A stretch of DNA of 64,000 bases from Sedimentisphaerales bacterium (GCA_040772485.1 JAXGYC010000007.1:448001-512000), one strand, 5' to 3'; positions 47,751-58,214 are shown, counted from the stretch's first letter. Numbers and translations: made by a program. Notes: generated from the letters alone by a model not told the origin.

Positions 47751-49622
47751 TCATTGGGCCGGAACGAGCCAGGTGACGAATCCGCCGCCGTCCTGGGTCT
47801 GCACGTCGAGCTTCTGGCCCTTGGTCACGTTCGCGCGTTCGACGCTCATCTCGGCCGGCTTGCCCGCGACGTCGCGCACCAGCACCGCGTCATACGCTCC
47901 ATCGGCAAGGAACGACAGGTCCAGCGCGTGCGTTTGGGCCTTGCCGCCGTTGATGATCGCGACGAACCAGGATGCGCCGCTGCGGCGGGCAAAGGCCGCG
48001 ACCTCACCGATCTCGCTGCCGGGCAGAACGATCGTCTGGTCCCACGTTGAAGGCATCGCCTTGATGACCTCCAGCACGTTGCTGTCGAGATAGAACTTCC
48101 AGTGATCGGCCCAGTGCATCAGCGGCGACGTGAACACTACCGCCGAGGCAAGCTGGAGGGCCGCGGTGGTTCCCTTGAGCTTGTCCGGATTGAACGTGCA
48201 GGGCGTGAAATCTCCGTGTCCGGCCAGGTAACGCGTGAACGGCAGCGTTGCGTAATGCGTCGCCGGCAGTTCGGACCACTTGTTGTACTCCAGGCCGCGA
48301 ATGCCTTCCCGCGTCATCTCGTTCGGGAACGTCCTCGATTCGCCCGTCGGCTTGTTGGCGCCGTGGTAGTTGACCATGAGCTTGTTTCGGGCCGCGGTCG
48401 CCAGAGTGTACGTGTAGAAATCAATCCGCGAGCGGGACTCGGAGTCCATGAAGTCGATCTTCACGCCGACCGCTCCCGCCTGGGCGCAGCGCCGCAGGAA
48501 ATCCTCCCGGTCGCCCACCGTTTCCAGTCCCCCCCAGTGCTTCCAGACGTTGATCCCGACGCCCTTGCCCTTGGCGTAGTCGCACAGCTCCTTGAGGCAG
48601 GCCCACATGTCCTTGGTGGGCAGTTGCCAGGACTTCTCCCAACCGGCATCGACGAGGTAGTACTCGAAACCCATCTCGGCCGCCTTGTCCACCCACTCCT
48701 TCTGGTAGCGGAACTCCACACTGCTGTCGGACCACCAGTTCCACAGCGAGCGTCCCGGCTTGATCCACGCGCAGGCCAGGCCACCGGGGAAGAGGTTGGC
48801 GCCCGGCGCCGGACACAGATTGGCGACGATGTCGCTGTTGACCAGTGCGCTCAAATCGGGTCCGGTCATCGTCACCCGCCAGGGCGTGCGGATCTCGCCG
48901 GTTTCCTGCCACTTGGCGTCGTCCTCGAAGACGCCCTTGAGCCGGCTCGGACGGGCCGCGCGAACCGTCAATCCGCTGAAGGCGAGCAGCCCGGCCTCCG
49001 TGATCGCGCCGTAGGTCCCATCGGCGTACTGGATCGTGATGGGAAACCCGATCTGCTCATCGACCTTGATCCTCGTGGCCAATGACTTGGCGTAGAAACC
49101 CTCGTAGTTGGCGACGTTCGTCTGGTACCAGACTTGGCAGTCCCTCGGCAGGTTCCAGGTGCTGGCCTCGCCGGAGATGGTCCGCTGCCCTACCCCAGGG
49201 ACAACGTAGCGATAAGCAAGACCATCATCGAAGACGCGCATCTCGATCACGTGAGACGTCTTCGACTCGGCGTGTGTCACGTCGATCTCGGCGACGTGGC
49301 AGCGATTCACCGCCTCGCTATGGACGCCGCGCCAGGGATAGCGCTCGTCGATCGTAGTCCGTCGGCACTCGCCCAGGGCCGCGCCCTGCCCGAGGTCAAC
49401 GCCGTCCACCGTGATCCCGAGCGTCGATGGGTTCAGAATGACCGTATCGGACCCTTTGACCCGCTGCACCCAATAGCACAGCCGGCCCTCGTCGTTGACG
49501 AGAACCTCGACCCGGATCGCACCGTCCGGCGATGCGATCGTCACCGGCTCGGCGTCGCCGGCCGTCGGGACGGACAAGCATATCGAGAGAACAGCACACA
49601 CCAGGCTGCAACATGCCTTCAT
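47751..49622 (-). CDS. Glycoside hydrolase family 97
   Basis: SPDG, FDDGLAYRY, TPWR, WIKPG, LVDAGW, GVKIDFMD, HGANKPTG.SRTFPN.MTREG and PFTR.LAG..DFTP. Confidence 0.88.
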   Translation of the reverse strand: MKACCSLVCAVLSICLSVPTAGDAEPVTIASPDGAIRVEVLVNDEGRLCYWVQRVKGSDTVILNPSTLGITVDGVDLGQGAALGECRRTTIDERYPWRGVHSEAVNRCHVAEIDVTHAESKTSHVIEMRVFDDGLAYRYVVPGVGQRTISGEASTWNLPRDCQVWYQTNVANYEGFYAKSLATRIKVDEQIGFPITIQYADGTYGAITEAGLLAFSGLTVRAARPSRLKGVFEDDAKWQETGEIRTPWRVTMTGPDLSALVNSDIVANLCPAPGANLFPGGLACAWIKPGRSLWNWWSDSSVEFRYQKEWVDKAAEMGFEYYLVDAGWEKSWQLPTKDMWACLKELCDYAKGKGVGINVWKHWGGLETVGDREDFLRRCAQAGAVGVKIDFMDSESRSRIDFYTYTLATAARNKLMVNYHGANKPTGESRTFPNEMTREGIRGLEYNKWSELPATHYATLPFTRYLAGHGDFTPCTFNPDKLKGTTAALQLASAVVFTSPLMHWADHWKFYLDSNVLEVIKAMPSTWDQTIVLPGSEIGEVAAFARRSGASWFVAIINGGKAQTHALDLSFLADGAYDAVLVRDVAGKPAEMSVERANVTKGQKLDVQTQDGGGFVTWLVPAQ

Positions 49623-49826
49623 CGGTCTTTCCTTTCTGGATGGCGGTGATTCGAGATGTCTCCTCCATCGGCTCCAGAGTGCCACATCTTGAGCACCGGT
49701 GCAACCCTTTCTGTGTGCCAAACCGCGTTTGCGCCTTCCCACAAGCCTGTAACAGGGTATGATATGGGAACTTCGGCTCTGTTGCGTCCGAATCGAACGA
49801 GTACATCACCAAGGGAGGACACGCAA

Positions 49827-51086
49827 ATGAAGCGATATCGGTCAATTCTCGCCTTTGTAAGTCTGTTGGCTTTTGGCGGGGCCATGGGTGGCTCGCGTGC
49901 CGCCGCCGACTGGAGGGCCGAGGCCAACGCCCGCATCGGGCAAATCCGCCGGCAGGACGTGCGCGTGGAGGTCCTCGACAGCCAGGGAAAGCCGGTCCAG
50001 GACGCACAGATTGCCGTCCGGCAGATCCGCCAGGCCTTTCCGTTCGGGGCCGCCATCGGCCGTGCTTTCCTGAACAACGCCAGGTTCCAGGAGTTCTTCA
50101 AGGACCACTTCAACTGCGCGGTCTTCGAGAACGAGACAAAGTGGTACGCAAACGAGCGGGCCCAGGGCCAGGAACGCTATGCCGACGCCGATGCGATGTT
50201 CGCGTGGTGCCAGGCCAACGGCATCCCGGTGCGCGGCCATTGCGTCTTCTGGGAGCCTGAGAAATGGCAGCCTCGCTGGCTCCAGCCTCTGACCGGTGAC
50301 GAATTGCGGCAGGCGGTGGAACGACGGCTCGAAAGCGTCGTGCCCCACTTCCGGGGCAAGTTCGTCAGTTGGGACGTCAACAATGAGACGCTGCACGGCG
50401 ATTTTTTCAAGGCCCGCCTGGGCGAAGCGATCTGGCCTTGGATGTTCCGGCGCGCGCACGAGCTGGACCCCGATGTGAAGCTCTTCGTCAACGAGTTCAA
50501 CATCCTCTCGGTCGACAAGGATTTCACTGAGGTGCAGACGGACGAGTACGTCGCGCACACGCGATGGCTGATCGACCAGGGCGCCCCCATTCACGGCGTG
50601 GGCATCCAGGGCCACATCTGGTCCGAAGACATCCTCTCCAAGCCCGAAGTCCTCAAGGAGCGGCTCGACAAGGTCGCCACCCTGAACCTGCCGATCTGGA
50701 TCAGTGAGTTCGACGTGGCCGACGACGATGAACGAAGCTGCGCCGACAAGCTCGAACTGGTGTACCGCACCGCCTACAGCCATCCGGCGGTCGAGGGCAT
50801 CGTGATGTGGGTCGTCTGGGCCGGCAACTCCTGGCGCGGTCCCAACGGAGGTCTCGCGCATCGCGACTGGACCCTGAACGAAGCAGGCAAGCGCTATGAA
50901 GCTCTGATGACCGAGTGGTCCACGAAGACTTCGGGCCGCAGCGATGCCGAGGGCCTCTTCGCCTTTCGCGGCTTCCACGGAGACTACGAAATCGCCGTCA
51001 CGCCGCCGGAAGGCGAGGCGATGAGTCGATCGGTGCAGGTCACGGCAAGTCCGCAGGCCCAGACCGTAACGACCCGTCTGAAGTGA
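49827..51086 (+). CDS. GH10 endo-1,4-beta-xylanase
   Basis: FPFG.A, FENETKW, VRGH, WDVNNE, LFVNEFN, GVGIQGH and IWISEFD. Confidence 0.88.
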   Translation: MKRYRSILAFVSLLAFGGAMGGSRAAADWRAEANARIGQIRRQDVRVEVLDSQGKPVQDAQIAVRQIRQAFPFGAAIGRAFLNNARFQEFFKDHFNCAVFENETKWYANERAQGQERYADADAMFAWCQANGIPVRGHCVFWEPEKWQPRWLQPLTGDELRQAVERRLESVVPHFRGKFVSWDVNNETLHGDFFKARLGEAIWPWMFRRAHELDPDVKLFVNEFNILSVDKDFTEVQTDEYVAHTRWLIDQGAPIHGVGIQGHIWSEDILSKPEVLKERLDKVATLNLPIWISEFDVADDDERSCADKLELVYRTAYSHPAVEGIVMWVVWAGNSWRGPNGGLAHRDWTLNEAGKRYEALMTEWSTKTSGRSDAEGLFAFRGFHGDYEIAVTPPEGEAMSRSVQVTASPQAQTVTTRLK

Positions 51087-53760
51087 TTCCCCGCCGGCGC
51101 CGCATCGTGTGGATGGTCAGGCCGTCGAGCGAGTGCGACTCGCTCGGCAGCAACAGGCTCGCGCCGTAGCCGACCACGAAGCACGTCGCGACGCCGATGA
51201 CGGCGAAGAGATAGCCGTTGACGGCGGTATAGACCGGCAGCATCGCCATGACGCCTGCTCCCGCGAGCGCCCCGAGCAGCGAGCCCCATCCGCCGGCCCG
51301 GCGCGTCAGCACGCCCAGCGCGAACAGCCCGCCCAGCACGCCCATGAACAGACCGATCACCTTGATGAACGAGTCGAACAGCGAGCGATTGGCCGGGTCG
51401 ACGAACAGCAGTCCCAACGCCGTGCCGGCCGCACCGAATCCGAAGGTCAACGTGCGGGCCCAGGCGAGAGCCCCCTGTTCCGTTCGGACGGCACGAAACG
51501 GCCGCAAGAAGTCGGTCACGACCGCCGTCGCGGTCGAGTTCATGCTGGTGGAGATCGTCGACTGGGCCGCCGCGAAGATGCCCGCCACGATCAGACCGGC
51601 GACGCCGACGGGGACCTCGCGCGCAATGAACAGCGGAAGGATCTGGTCGGTCATGAAGGTCGGGTCCAGCCGCTCGGGGTGGGATTTGTAGAAGACGTAC
51701 AGAGCCGTGCCCATCCCGAAGAACAGGAACGACGAAGGGATCGTCATCAGCGCTGCGGCCCAGATCGATCCGGCCGCCCGCTTCATATCCGGCGTCGTCA
51801 TGTATCGCTGGACGACCGCCTGATCGGCGGTGTACGACGAGAGGTGCTGGCCGAAGCCACCGAGAATCACGACCCACAATGCCAGCGAGGCGCTGGTCGG
51901 GTCCATGTGCCAGTTGAAGGCGTGCAGCTTGCCGTCTGCGGCCGCCGTGTCGAAAGACCCGGCGATGCCGCCCTCCGAGCCGGCGACCATCAGACCCAGG
52001 CAAACCAGCGCGCCGCCAAGCAGCACGAACGTCTGAATCGTGTCGGTCCAGATCACCGCCTCGATCCCGCCGACCGTGCAGTAGACGATGCTCAGCGCGC
52101 CCATAATCAGCACGCATTGAGCCGGACTCAGCGACGTCACGCTCGCCAGCGCCAGCGACGCCAGGCTCATCACGATCCCCATGCGGAAGACGTGGAACAG
52201 CGTGAACGATCCGCTGGCGAACAGCCGCACCGGCATGTTGAACCGCTTCTGGAGGTATTCGTACGCGCTGGTCGCATCGATCTGCCGGAAGAACGGCAAC
52301 GCCAGATAGATCGCCACCGGCGCCACCGCCGGGATCATCAGATTGCCGACCAGATAGACTAAGTCCTGGGCGTAGGCCTTGGCGGGAATCGCCATGTACG
52401 TGATCGAGCTGAGCATGGTCGCGAAGATCGAGCAGCCCGCCGCCCACCAGATGACCCTCTGTCCACCGCGGAAGTAGTCGTTGGTGTCGCGGTTCCGCCG
52501 GACGAAGTAGACGCCCACGCCCACCATCGCCAGCAGGTAGATCGTCAGCACCGTGAAGTTGATCGCACCGAAGGACCGTTTGTGCGCAACCGGTTCGATG
52601 GCCCAGACCGCCGGCGCGCGGACGCGAGGCTTGATCTCGCCCGACGCGAGAATCACCTTGCCGTCCCACACGACCGCCGGCGTCGTTACCTGATTGGCTG
52701 GCGATGCGCCCGCCTCGATCCAGGTGTCCGTGATCGTGTGATACGCCAGCACCCGTTTGGGAAAGCCGGGATGCTCGAGCTTCAGCTCGTCGGCACGGGC
52801 CATGAGCGATCCGTCGTCGCCGCTGAGCACGAAGATGTGTGACTGGCCGATCGCGGCGCCAGCGCCCGCCATCACCGCGTACGGGACGTCCGCGCGCCTG
52901 CGCCAGGGCTGGGCGAATCGGCCCGTTCCAGAATAGGCGTTACTGCGCGCATCAAACGCAGCCGCATCGTAGCGTTGCGGGTTGAACTCATAGACGTCGC
53001 GAAGGGCGAAAACATCCGGCGTCGGTGCGAATCCCGCAGCGTCCGCAACGCGATCAGGATCATTCACGCAGCGACCGCCGACGACATAGATGCAGTCGTC
53101 GAACCCGTTGTGCTGCGCGACCATGAGATAAAAGGCCCTACCCGGTCCGGGCCAGGAAGGCAAGGCTTCCCAGCGGAACGACTCGACCGGACCGCCCCAC
53201 CGCGACAGGTCGAGCCGCCAGAAGTTGCCCGTTGCCGTATCGAGCGTCGAACCTCTCTGGCCGCCCGCCAGGTAGATCACGTCGCCGATCCGCGCAGCCG
53301 CCCCACAAGCGCAAGGCTCCGGCAACGGCGCAAGCGGCTCCTGACTCACCCACCGCACGAGCGGGTCACATCTCAGCAGGAAGCAACGGTCGAAGACTGC
53401 CTGCCCGTCCGTTCCCCCCAGGCACGCGACGCCATATGGAGTGCTGACACAGGCGGCGTAGGCAATCGGACGATCCAGCTTGAAGCCGGCGAGCCATTCG
53501 TAGCCGCCGGCTCCGCTGGCGACCAGAACCCAGGCTTCATCCCGCCAGAGCTTCTCGCTCTCCCAGACCGGCTCGGGGAAGTAGGCGCCGCCCGCGACGA
53601 TCAAGGCATCGTTGTGCACACCTACCAGCGGCCCGCCCAATCCCGGCGTATCGGGCATTGCAGGCAACGCCTCCCATCGCAGCACCTCGCCGGCGGACGC
53701 AGAGGCGCCGGATAACAGAGCCAGCAAAGCCCACAGAACGAGGCAGCGATTGGCGCTCAC
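51040..53760 (-). CDS. Sodium:solute symporter (sialic acid SiaT-like) with an N-terminal Kelch/NanM-like propeller
   Basis: Kelch motifs LIVAGGA, IYLAGG, IYVVGG and GEIKPRVR; SSS motifs YFRGG, SIFATMLSSITY, SAYEYL..RF, GGIEAVIWTD, DQAVVQRY and AAAQSTISTS.NS. Confidence 0.88.
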   Translation of the reverse strand: MSANRCLVLWALLALLSGASASAGEVLRWEALPAMPDTPGLGGPLVGVHNDALIVAGGAYFPEPVWESEKLWRDEAWVLVASGAGGYEWLAGFKLDRPIAYAACVSTPYGVACLGGTDGQAVFDRCFLLRCDPLVRWVSQEPLAPLPEPCACGAAARIGDVIYLAGGQRGSTLDTATGNFWRLDLSRWGGPVESFRWEALPSWPGPGRAFYLMVAQHNGFDDCIYVVGGRCVNDPDRVADAAGFAPTPDVFALRDVYEFNPQRYDAAAFDARSNAYSGTGRFAQPWRRRADVPYAVMAGAGAAIGQSHIFVLSGDDGSLMARADELKLEHPGFPKRVLAYHTITDTWIEAGASPANQVTTPAVVWDGKVILASGEIKPRVRAPAVWAIEPVAHKRSFGAINFTVLTIYLLAMVGVGVYFVRRNRDTNDYFRGGQRVIWWAAGCSIFATMLSSITYMAIPAKAYAQDLVYLVGNLMIPAVAPVAIYLALPFFRQIDATSAYEYLQKRFNMPVRLFASGSFTLFHVFRMGIVMSLASLALASVTSLSPAQCVLIMGALSIVYCTVGGIEAVIWTDTIQTFVLLGGALVCLGLMVAGSEGGIAGSFDTAAADGKLHAFNWHMDPTSASLALWVVILGGFGQHLSSYTADQAVVQRYMTTPDMKRAAGSIWAAALMTIPSSFLFFGMGTALYVFYKSHPERLDPTFMTDQILPLFIAREVPVGVAGLIVAGIFAAAQSTISTSMNSTATAVVTDFLRPFRAVRTEQGALAWARTLTFGFGAAGTALGLLFVDPANRSLFDSFIKVIGLFMGVLGGLFALGVLTRRAGGWGSLLGALAGAGVMAMLPVYTAVNGYLFAVIGVATCFVVGYGASLLLPSESHSLDGLTIHTMRRRRGITSDGSLRSGPADLP

Positions 53761-53773
53761 GGACGGTTCTCCC

Positions 53774-54712
53774 CTACTCGTTGGAGATGGCGTTTCCTCC
53801 GGCGGGCCGGGACCAGTCGAAGAACCCGAGTGCATCGAGGTCGCGCCGCAATTGCTCCACCTGTGCGCTGTCGACGCGAGGCAAAGGCAAGCGGCACGGC
53901 CCGCAGTCGAGGCCCAGCATGGCCAGTATCTGTTTCATCGCAGGATGGAAGGGACAGCGGTTGATCGCGCGGACCATCTGAATCGAGAGCGACTGAAGCC
54001 GCCGCGCCTCGACCAGATCGCCCCGCTCGAACGCCTCCATCAGTCGCCGGTACAATGGCGCCGCGATGTTGTACGTGCTGCCGATCGCGCCCCGCGCGCC
54101 GGCCGCCAGGGCGCTGAGCAGCATCTCGTCGCAGCCCCACACGCAGTCGAACCGCCCTCTGTCCAACTCCAGGCACGCCTGGAACTCGAAGACCGTCGGC
54201 GCCGTGTGCTTCATGCCGACCAGGTTGGGGATCCGCGCCGCCGCCACCGGCAGGAAGCTCACCATGTCCAGCGCCACACCCGTCAAAGCGGGAATGTGGT
54301 AGTAGTAGAACGGCAGGTCGGGCGCCGCCGAGGCAACCTGCGCCATGCAATCGGCGAGCACCTCGATCGAGCTGACCTTGAAGTAGGACGGCGCCGTCGC
54401 CGAGATCGCATCGGCGCCGATCCACCGGGCGTGGCCGGCCAGTTGGGCCGCCTCCGCCAGCGAGTTGTGACCCACCTGCACGATGGTCTCGAGCCGTCCC
54501 TTGGCGACCTGCACGTATGCCTCGGCCACCGCCCGCCGCTCGTCGCCCGAAAGCGACATCCCTTCGCCCGTGCTGCCGCAGATGTAGATGCCTGTCACGC
54601 CCGCTCGCTCCAGGAAATCCACCATCGCCGGCACAAGATCGAGATGCAGCGATCCATCTTCATGCAGCGGCGTATACGTCGCCGCAATCAATCCCGTCAA
54701 CCGATACTCCAT
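53774..54712 (-). CDS. nanA: N-acetylneuraminate lyase / DHDPS family aldolase
   Basis: GLIAATYTP, CGSTGEG, FYYYHIP, Schiff-base Lys in GMKHT and GAIGSTYN; adjacent to a sialic-acid-type transporter. Confidence 0.78.
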   Translation of the reverse strand: MEYRLTGLIAATYTPLHEDGSLHLDLVPAMVDFLERAGVTGIYICGSTGEGMSLSGDERRAVAEAYVQVAKGRLETIVQVGHNSLAEAAQLAGHARWIGADAISATAPSYFKVSSIEVLADCMAQVASAAPDLPFYYYHIPALTGVALDMVSFLPVAAARIPNLVGMKHTAPTVFEFQACLELDRGRFDCVWGCDEMLLSALAAGARGAIGSTYNIAAPLYRRLMEAFERGDLVEARRLQSLSIQMVRAINRCPFHPAMKQILAMLGLDCGPCRLPLPRVDSAQVEQLRRDLDALGFFDWSRPAGGNAISNE

Positions 54713-54828
54713 ATCGAACACTCCCACGGCCGTCACCACCCGCCCAGGCTCCGACGCAACCTCACCTGCCTGCGTCAGCATACCCCGTGCCGGCGGGGCA
54801 GACAAGTCTTGAGATCAGATGGCCCTGT

Positions 54829-54852
54829 GTAGGGCGAGCGTCCCCGCTCGCC
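54829..54852 (+). repeat. GTAG-type REP hairpin
   Basis: GTAG + GGCGAGCG-TCCC-CGCTCGCC perfect palindrome in an intergenic region. Confidence 0.55.
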
Positions 54853-54922
54853 TCATCTGAGGTCGTGCGAGAACCTGCTCCGAATCTGCTCAAGGGACGT
54901 GCGAGCCAGGTGATCTTTGAGA

Positions 54923-54951
54923 TTGCCCGTGTCGCCCTTCGATGGTATAAT
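54923..54951 (+). promoter_or_regulatory. Sigma70-type promoter
   Basis: TTGCCC, 17 bp spacer, TATAAT preceded by TGn. Confidence 0.55.
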
Positions 54952-55021
54952 GACCCTGAAGCAGATGGGCGAACTCGGTGGATACGAAGCGCAACACCTC
55001 CAAAGGAGGTTGGGAGGTTTC

Positions 55022-55567
55022 ATGGACCTGGGGATCTTCTTCACGATGTTCTTTCTTCAGGCAATCCCTCTGTGGATATTCCTCGTCCCGTGGCTGCTCT
55101 CCGTCGGGCTGGCCGTCCGTTTCCGGAAGCGGGCCACCGTCAGGAACGTCTGCATCACCCTTTGCATCCCGATCATGCTGTTGGCGATTCCTCCTTGTGC
55201 CGTGCAAGCTCGTCTGCGCAGCGGCGGACGCGCTGCCCTGGAGCGCCGGTTCGGAGCCTTCATCGACCCGGACTGCGTCGTCAAATACCGATTCGTCATC
55301 GCTGGCCTTGGAGACACGTGTGAGTTCTGGAAGCTCAAGGGGGTCGATGCGAGGTCGTGTCAGCAGATCATTGACGAATACAACCTCGAGCCGTTATCGC
55401 CGGATCCGACATACCTCCCAGGCAGCACCAATGGGGCGCCGTGGTGGTGGCCAAACTCTGCCAACGGCTATACCGTCTCAGAAGGAGACGATGGGGCAAT
55501 GGGCAGCATTGAGATCTGGATCGCAGACGACCATTCAACGGTCTATCTCCACCGGTTCATCGAGTGA
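55022..55567 (+). CDS. Hypothetical membrane protein
   Basis: GGAGG RBS; two N-terminal TMs; PWWWP motif. Confidence 0.6.
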   Translation: MDLGIFFTMFFLQAIPLWIFLVPWLLSVGLAVRFRKRATVRNVCITLCIPIMLLAIPPCAVQARLRSGGRAALERRFGAFIDPDCVVKYRFVIAGLGDTCEFWKLKGVDARSCQQIIDEYNLEPLSPDPTYLPGSTNGAPWWWPNSANGYTVSEGDDGAMGSIEIWIADDHSTVYLHRFIE

Positions 55568-55585
55568 CTTGCATCCCAAACAAGG

Positions 55586-55613
55586 AAGGCACGGCCGTTG
55601 TGGCCGTGCCTTT
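55586..55613. terminator. Hairpin between convergent genes (possible bidirectional terminator)
   Basis: AAGGCACGGCC-gttgt-GGCCGTGCCTT. Confidence 0.55.
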
Positions 55614-55636
55614 GGTACAGAAGACCAGAATGAGTA

Positions 55637-57118
55637 TCAGACTTCGTCGCGGATGGCGAAGGGCTCTCGATAGGAACTCTTGATGAACGGGTTGGCCTTT
55701 TCGGCGCCGGCGCCAACGAATCTCTCCTGCCTGCGGTCGTAGGTCAGTTGCGGCCCGAGCACGAACCGCTCCTTGGACAGATCGACCTCATTACCGTCGA
55801 GCTGTTCGAGCACATCCTTGAGCGTGTTCAGCGCGTCTTCGTGCGACTTCATCGCTTCTCGCACTTCGTCTACGGAGGCCGCAGCGCCCGCCCGCCAGGC
55901 GACGTTGGCCTGATGGCAGATGGCGGTGCCGTAGTGACCGACCTCGATGTCGGCCGCCAGGTCTTCGCGTTTGCGGCTGCGCAGGCACTCGATGAAATTC
56001 TCGGCGTGATTGGCGCCCGCGTCACCCTTGTACTGGTACACGCGGTTGCCGTCGTTGTCGTGGAACCAGCCGCCGCCCCGTGAGATGCGGACGGAGCCGG
56101 CCTCGCACCGGATGTAGTTGCCGCCGCGAGCGCCCAGATAGACTGCGCCGCTGTTGCCGCCCTTGCGCTTCGGGTCGGGCAGGTTGCGGACGTCGACCAC
56201 CAGAGGCAGCCCGTCATAGTCCATCAGGGCGAAGTGCACGTTGGGCGTCTGGCCGTTGTCGTCCCAGGCGAAGCGGTTGCCCGCCGCGACCACCTTCGTC
56301 GGCACGCTGTCCCAGCCCAGGATGTGACGCACGTCGTCGAGGTAGTGAATGCCCCAGTTGGCCATCTCGCCGTCGCCCCAGTTCCACTGCCAGTGCCAGT
56401 CGTAGTGGAAGCTCTTGCGCATCACCGGCGTCATCGGCGCGGGACCCGCCCACAGGTTGTAGTCGACGCTGGCGGGCACCGGCTGCGGCTCGGTCACTTT
56501 GCCGATGCTCTGTCGCGAATGGAGCACGGAGCAGTGAACCCACTGGACCCTGCCGTACTTGCCCGACTGAACGTCGCGTGCGGCCTCCTGCACCGCCGGA
56601 CACGACCGGTGCTGCGTGCCCGCCGCGACGATGCGATTGTACTTGCGGGCCGCTTCCACCATCTTGCGTCCTTCCCAGATCGCATGGCTGACCGGCTTCT
56701 CCACGTACACGTCCTTGCCCGCCTGGCAGGCCCAGATGGTCATCAGCGAATGCCAGTGGTTGGGCGCCGCGATCACGATTGCGTCGACGTCCTTGCGGTC
56801 CAGGACGTCGCGGATGTCACGGTATCCCTTGATGGTCGAAGCATCGGCCTCGTATTTCTTCTTGAACTCCTCGACTCGCTTGTCGAGAATCTCCTGGTCC
56901 GGCTCGCACAGCGCCACCACGCGGACACCCTCGATATTGTGGAAGTCATGAACATGGGCATTGCCCCGGCTGTTGATGCCGGCGACCGCCAGGCGAATCT
57001 GGTCGTTGGCGCCCCGGGCGCTGGCCAAAAACGGGGCCGAGCCGGACAGGGCCAGATACGAACCGGCCGTGGCGGCCACACTGCGTTGGAGGAATTTGCG
57101 GCGACTGATCTGCTTCAT
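55637..57118 (-). CDS. Gfo/Idh/MocA oxidoreductase with Tat signal
   Basis: SRRKFL; PNHWH, KDVYVEKP, YNLWAGPAP and NWGIHYLD. Confidence 0.9.
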   Translation of the reverse strand: MKQISRRKFLQRSVAATAGSYLALSGSAPFLASARGANDQIRLAVAGINSRGNAHVHDFHNIEGVRVVALCEPDQEILDKRVEEFKKKYEADASTIKGYRDIRDVLDRKDVDAIVIAAPNHWHSLMTIWACQAGKDVYVEKPVSHAIWEGRKMVEAARKYNRIVAAGTQHRSCPAVQEAARDVQSGKYGRVQWVHCSVLHSRQSIGKVTEPQPVPASVDYNLWAGPAPMTPVMRKSFHYDWHWQWNWGDGEMANWGIHYLDDVRHILGWDSVPTKVVAAGNRFAWDDNGQTPNVHFALMDYDGLPLVVDVRNLPDPKRKGGNSGAVYLGARGGNYIRCEAGSVRISRGGGWFHDNDGNRVYQYKGDAGANHAENFIECLRSRKREDLAADIEVGHYGTAICHQANVAWRAGAAASVDEVREAMKSHEDALNTLKDVLEQLDGNEVDLSKERFVLGPQLTYDRRQERFVGAGAEKANPFIKSSYREPFAIRDEV

Positions 57119-57263
57119 CTTCTTTTCCTTTCGCTCAAATCAAGGCACGACCGTCAAGTTTGTGCCGAATGGACCCTGCCGACTTGCCTATGCACCAGAC
57201 ACCCAGTACAGACGCCCATCTTATCACGCCTATTCCCGGATTTGAACCATTTTGTCGATGCGA

Positions 57264-58214
57264 CTACCCGTTCCGGCCGTCCGTGGCGTTCAGCAATTCG
57301 ATGGTCTGACGAATTCGCTCGGGCGTCCAGTCGGCCGGACGCTCACCTTGCAGGTTGGCCTCCATCTGCTCGACAGTGGGCGTGGGGGTGCGGACGCCGT
57401 CGGTCGGGACGTCCACCTTCGCGACCCAACAGATCGCGTTGAGCATGAGCTTGCGGAAATCGTTTTGGGCGTAGACCCAATGGGTGTGCCCGCCGGTGCA
57501 GCCGAAGCCCCGACCACCGTCGGGACGCTCGCAGGCCCAGGCGACGTGTTCCGGCAGGCCGAGCCGGCTGCGGACGGTCGGATTCCCGCTGTGCGGGCCA
57601 TCCGGCCCCTTGCGCGTGCTGTCGGGCGGAACCGCCGTGAGGATCGGCGTCACGCCGTCCATCGCTTCGCGAAAACGCATGTGGTAGTACCACTCGTCCT
57701 CTACCGCGAAGGGCCGCACGCCGCGCGTGATCGGATGGATGGGCAAGGTCTTGAACTCGGCCCGCCAGAAGGGGTTCACCGACCAGTGCTGTTCGTAGTA
57801 CCCGCCGATCCAGTCGAGCAGGTACTTGCCGAAGGGATCGCCGCAGTCGAGCGCGTAGTGAATGAAGACAATCCCGATGCCCCGGCGCGCAATGGCGTTG
57901 AGTCTCTTCCAGTTGGCCTCGGCGCCGATCAGATTGTTCCCGTCGCAGGCAACGACAATCGCGGCGGCGTCTTCCAACACACGAACGTCCCTGGGCCATC
58001 CGTTCTCGATCACGACCGCCTCGATAGCCGGCATGTTCTCGTTCAGGATGCGTGCCAGGAGCTTGCAGTCAGCGGTGTAGGCGTGTCCGCTCCAGCCATG
58101 ACTCTGCGGGCCGGGCAGAAAGACCACCTTCTTCTGTCCCGCATCGCTCGCCAGGGCATACGAACCGAATGCACTCCAGAGCAGCAAAACGCCAGCGATC
58201 AACATACCCCGCAT
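57264..58214 (-). CDS. ThuA-like (class I GATase fold) domain protein
   Basis: HPITRGV.PF...DEWYYHMRF, WACERPDGGRGFG.TGGH.H and KLMLNAI.W. Confidence 0.82.
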   Translation of the reverse strand: MRGMLIAGVLLLWSAFGSYALASDAGQKKVVFLPGPQSHGWSGHAYTADCKLLARILNENMPAIEAVVIENGWPRDVRVLEDAAAIVVACDGNNLIGAEANWKRLNAIARRGIGIVFIHYALDCGDPFGKYLLDWIGGYYEQHWSVNPFWRAEFKTLPIHPITRGVRPFAVEDEWYYHMRFREAMDGVTPILTAVPPDSTRKGPDGPHSGNPTVRSRLGLPEHVAWACERPDGGRGFGCTGGHTHWVYAQNDFRKLMLNAICWVAKVDVPTDGVRTPTPTVEQMEANLQGERPADWTPERIRQTIELLNATDGRNG

